Origin: the human T2T-CHM13v2.0 reference genome, Homo sapiens
Assembly (NCBI RefSeq): GCF_009914755.1
Contig: NC_060928.1
DNA: 64,000 nt
Strand: one strand, 5' to 3'
Positions 59,916-64,000 of the stretch are shown in pieces (position 1 is the first letter of the stretch; every line of letters begins with the position of its first letter). The notes under the pieces are model-generated. The model saw nothing but the letters and a program-made list of their open reading frames with translations, was not told where the DNA came from and did not search any database. The translations under genes and the position numbers were made by a program.

Positions 59916-62900
59916 AATGTTTTCTAAACTTGCTCTCATACTATTGAAGTCTTAACTGTAAGATTTGAAAATGTTTACTCTCTCACAGATTGAACTAAAT
60001 TTTTCTAAAAATTTATCTTGAGTTAATTAAAGCATAAATCACATTAAGTTTTACTGGCAGAACTATGCCAAAATGAATGGCTCTCTAAAACATTACTAAG
60101 TGATGTCTTAAACCAATGAGAGACTGCCTTTCTGCTATTTGAGACTATTTGAACCAACAATACATTTGTTTTTCTCTGTGGATGTCTCTGTGAGCACTTT
60201 TTTGGGAAAGATTTATCCTGTTTCATGTAAGCAATGCAACCATTATGATAATATCAGGATGAGGGTGTGTTACATCAAAAAAAATAAGAAAGACAAGAAA
60301 ATTAAGGGTAATTATTAAACTTAGGATTTATTTCTTAAAAATTGCTTTGCTAGAGAATTATTCGTCAGGCTGAATCTATTAATTTGGGAATTAATTTAGG
60401 TTCTAAGATTATTTCTAATAGTTTTCCTGCATTTGAACAATAATTTTAATTCTTCCAGCGTTTAACACACCTAAGGGATATATATCTGAAAATGTATTTT
60501 GAAAACATAATTTACTAAAAAAAAAAAAAAAAATAGTTCTCTATTGTTCTAAAGTTCCATCCAAAATAATTCTTTGAATATTGGAACTAAGAGGAAATTT
60601 AGAGATCTAGACTGTTGACCTCATTTTACAAATCAGGGAAAATAAGATGCTAAGATGCTGTGATATGCCCAAATGTTTGACAACCTAAAATGTAAACTGG
60701 GTCTTCTTTTTTAAAACTCTGCCACCCTTCAATCACACCAACATAGGTCCTCATGGATTGTAAATATAGGCTCCACCTTCTCCTCTCACCAAGCCTAGGC
60801 TACAAATCTCTAGGATCCTTCCTTCCTTGTTTGGGACACATAGATCATCTGATTCCACTTTTACACATGGGAAAGTGAGTACCTCAGGTTATTTACCCAG
60901 GGCCATAGCTAGCAGCAAAACTAAGGTCGGTTCCTGTTTCTGTCTACACTTGGTTTTTTGGCCCATTGTTTGTCCTGGTTTGCAACACTTAGACCAACCT
61001 GGCTATTTCACTACAAGACAAAATACCTTATATCCAAGTACTTTTATTCTATTCAAATGTCCAATTTACCCCACTGGTGAATCATTAAGATATCTGGTAT
61101 CACTGTACCACATCAGAACTTATGCACAGGCTTTGGTTTAATCATACATACTTAAAGTTGTAAGACTGCCTTCTTCCTCATACCATTAAACTACAGGCAA
61201 TTTGTCATGTTCGTGATCATGTTATTTTTCATCTCTTTTAGTTTGGGATTGGCTATCAACTGAATAAATACTTTTAAAAATAGACTTTACCGAATGGTAC
61301 TTTGCTTCATCAATTTAAATAAAAGATGGGAAGATCCATTTACCCTGCATGATACTTCTAAGACACACAATTGAATAACAAGTTATTACTATTTTATAAT
61401 CAGAATTTTCCAATGGTGAAACACATTCTAGATTATAAGTATAGTAAATCATGCAGAGAAGAGATTATGTGCTGGTAAACATAGGTTTTATCCTTAAATA
61501 TAAATGTGATGATGACTGATAAAGTACAATGGACTCACTAAAATTTGGCTTCCTTCCAGAGTACTTTTCTTTCAAAAAACAAATCTTATAGCCAACCCTC
61601 ATGACCAAATATTAATAAATGATTAACAACTATGGCCATAATTATCATTTCAATGAAATTTGGTAGACACTCTGTCAACAAATATTTTAGAAGACACCCT
61701 CTTATGAGGCAGCATATGTGAGCTTCCCTAGGTAGAAATTACTTATCTGACACTGAAAAGTCAGAGAATAAAGCTATAATTTATAGAAGATTTGATAGAT
61801 GTAATTCAATTCTACTAGTGTTAACAGAGAACCTATTATTTTGAAAGCCATTGTGCTAAACAGCTGGGCATGGCAGAAATGAATGTTTAGGAATGGGTCT
61901 GGGTGTGTTCCAACACTCATCTCTTTCCTGGCTCCATATCAACATGCAGGATACGGAGGCCACGTTACAGAATGAGTCACCCCAAACCAGCACAGTCTTC
62001 TTGGTTGGGTGACTGACTGGACCAATTCATCTTAGTAGTTCTCAAGCACCAATTGAAACTGTCTTCTTGGTTCAGACCACCTCCCCAAAGAAGACTTGGA
62101 AATTTACCAACATGCCAGATCCTGAAGCCAAATTTTCAAAAATGTGAAAATTCCTGTAAGCCACAGAAAATTACTATCTAACCCTTCATCCTTATTGATA
62201 CCTGCATACCATTCAGAGACTGACTCCTACCCTTAGGTGTCCTCATCGGCATAATGTAGACCATAACAACTCCTTTTCTATCCCTGCAAATCTAATGAGT
62301 CATGATAATTCAAGCTCTGCAATGTTTCAACTTGCCTCAACAGGACAAAACATAGTAAATCTTATTCAGGATCTTTTTCATACTGCAACTAAAACTCCGT
62401 GCTACCTTTCCTGTCATCTAAGACACAGGATGCAGTGTGGCCCATAAACCCAATGAATGTAAAGTATCCTTCAGGCTGCCCACCATGATGATAGCCTCCA
62501 ACCCACACATACCTCCAGGAGACTAGAAACCTCATGGTTTTGCTTCATTTTATAGAGCTGCACAGAGGCATGGAACAGTTAAAGCACATAATGATTCAGC
62601 CTACCACTGGGATAGAAACAGATCAAGGAACTTGCTCTCATTTCTTCACCTGAATTTTTCAAATTCCTATGTCGTCAATAGTATTCATTTGCTTTGTTTC
62701 CATGTAACATTGATGACAAAACAAAAATTGTTCACATTTGAGAATTTTTTTCATATCTAAGAGCTCTATCTTGACTTGCTACAATTTAGGACTCAGTGAC
62801 ATCTTTTGCCTAATTTTGTATCATAGTTCCTAGAATTTCTTCAGAATGAAGAAGAGAAACTAGCTGTGTTATTCAAACATATTACCTACCTCATAGTATA

Positions 62901-63727
62901 GACATAGCTTGTCTAGCCTTCATGAGGAAGGAGGACCTGGTTTTCTTTTGGAGAAACCCAATACATTCCTACCTTGGAGTAAGCAACACATTTCAACAGT
63001 CTCAAACTATTCATGATGTGGTTGAAAACTCACAAAATTTTCAGCACATTAATTCTCATTAATTAAAAACTAATTAAGCTTTCCTAACAGCTGCTTTACA
63101 AGGAGAAACATATGTCACAAAAACAAAGAATGATACAGTGTCAGAACCAGAGAAGGGATGACAAACATTGCTTTTAATAAATATTTTGCCAGCTACAAGC
63201 TTTGAAATATGAGTAGAAGGCAAGCTTTAAATTGTTATATTTTATTATTAAATTGCTGCTACTGAAAAAGTTTAGGAATTAAGTAGCCTACTTAAGTGGC
63301 TGTTTTTAATTTTTAAAAATTGGACATCAGTATTATTTTTTAAACACACATAGATACCTATATGCAAAGATAACCCATAACTTCCTGAATTTGAAAAATA
63401 AACAAATACAGCTTGCATATTCGCTACACAAAAGATTCATAGTAGGAGACCTTTAAGAATTAGTTCTTCTGATATGTAATAAAATAAGATTCAATTTACA
63501 AAAATTCAAGTTATCTAAAGCTTTCAGGATCACAGCTATTTCCTGGAGGCAAGGGTATCAGTATCTATTTCATACTATGTAAAAAAGTATCTGATAGTTA
63601 ATATTTAATTCCTTTCCAAAATTAGGTTGACTTTAAAATTAAATGCTAACCCTCTATTAATATCTGTTTACAAAAGTTATCTATAAGATTTATTGCTAGA
63701 AATAAAAGCACACTAAAATTAAGCTGA

Positions 63728-64000
<273 letters not shown>

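Larger units (their letters stand above)
57871..59940 (+). other. GRID2: GRID2 3' UTR (3' end approximate)
   Basis: No recognisable interspersed repeats; AU-rich sequence after the stop codon; AATAAA at 58578, 58669 and 59910. MIR-like repeats resume about 60.6 kb. Confidence 0.7.

Overview
Primate (human-like) genomic DNA covering the 3' end of GRID2 (glutamate receptor delta-2, GluD2) on the + strand. It contains at least 54.5 kb of a very long intron, the penultimate coding exon (54582-54822; end of S2 lobe plus M4), a 2.6 kb last intron, the terminal coding exon (57448-57870, ending in the PDZ ligand -GTSI*), about 2 kb of 3' UTR and downstream flank. The intron is packed with repeats: three L1PA copies, about 10 Alus, a near-complete Tigger1, two Tigger3-type MITEs, MaLR/ERVL solo LTRs, MIR and L2. 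Several are nested with readable target-site duplications (TSDs). Almost all other ORFs in the track are repeat-derived or chance frames. I found no convincing novel gene system. The best leads are RNA-processing hypotheses (recursive-splice-like AG|GTAAG sites, a possible intronic-polyadenylation isoform lacking the PDZ tail, an inverted AluY pair) and structural oddities (a clamped (AT)n cruciform, a dispersed 32-bp templated copy, a left-arm-only AluY with TSD). Repeat subfamily names are from recognition by eye, not from a RepeatMasker run.
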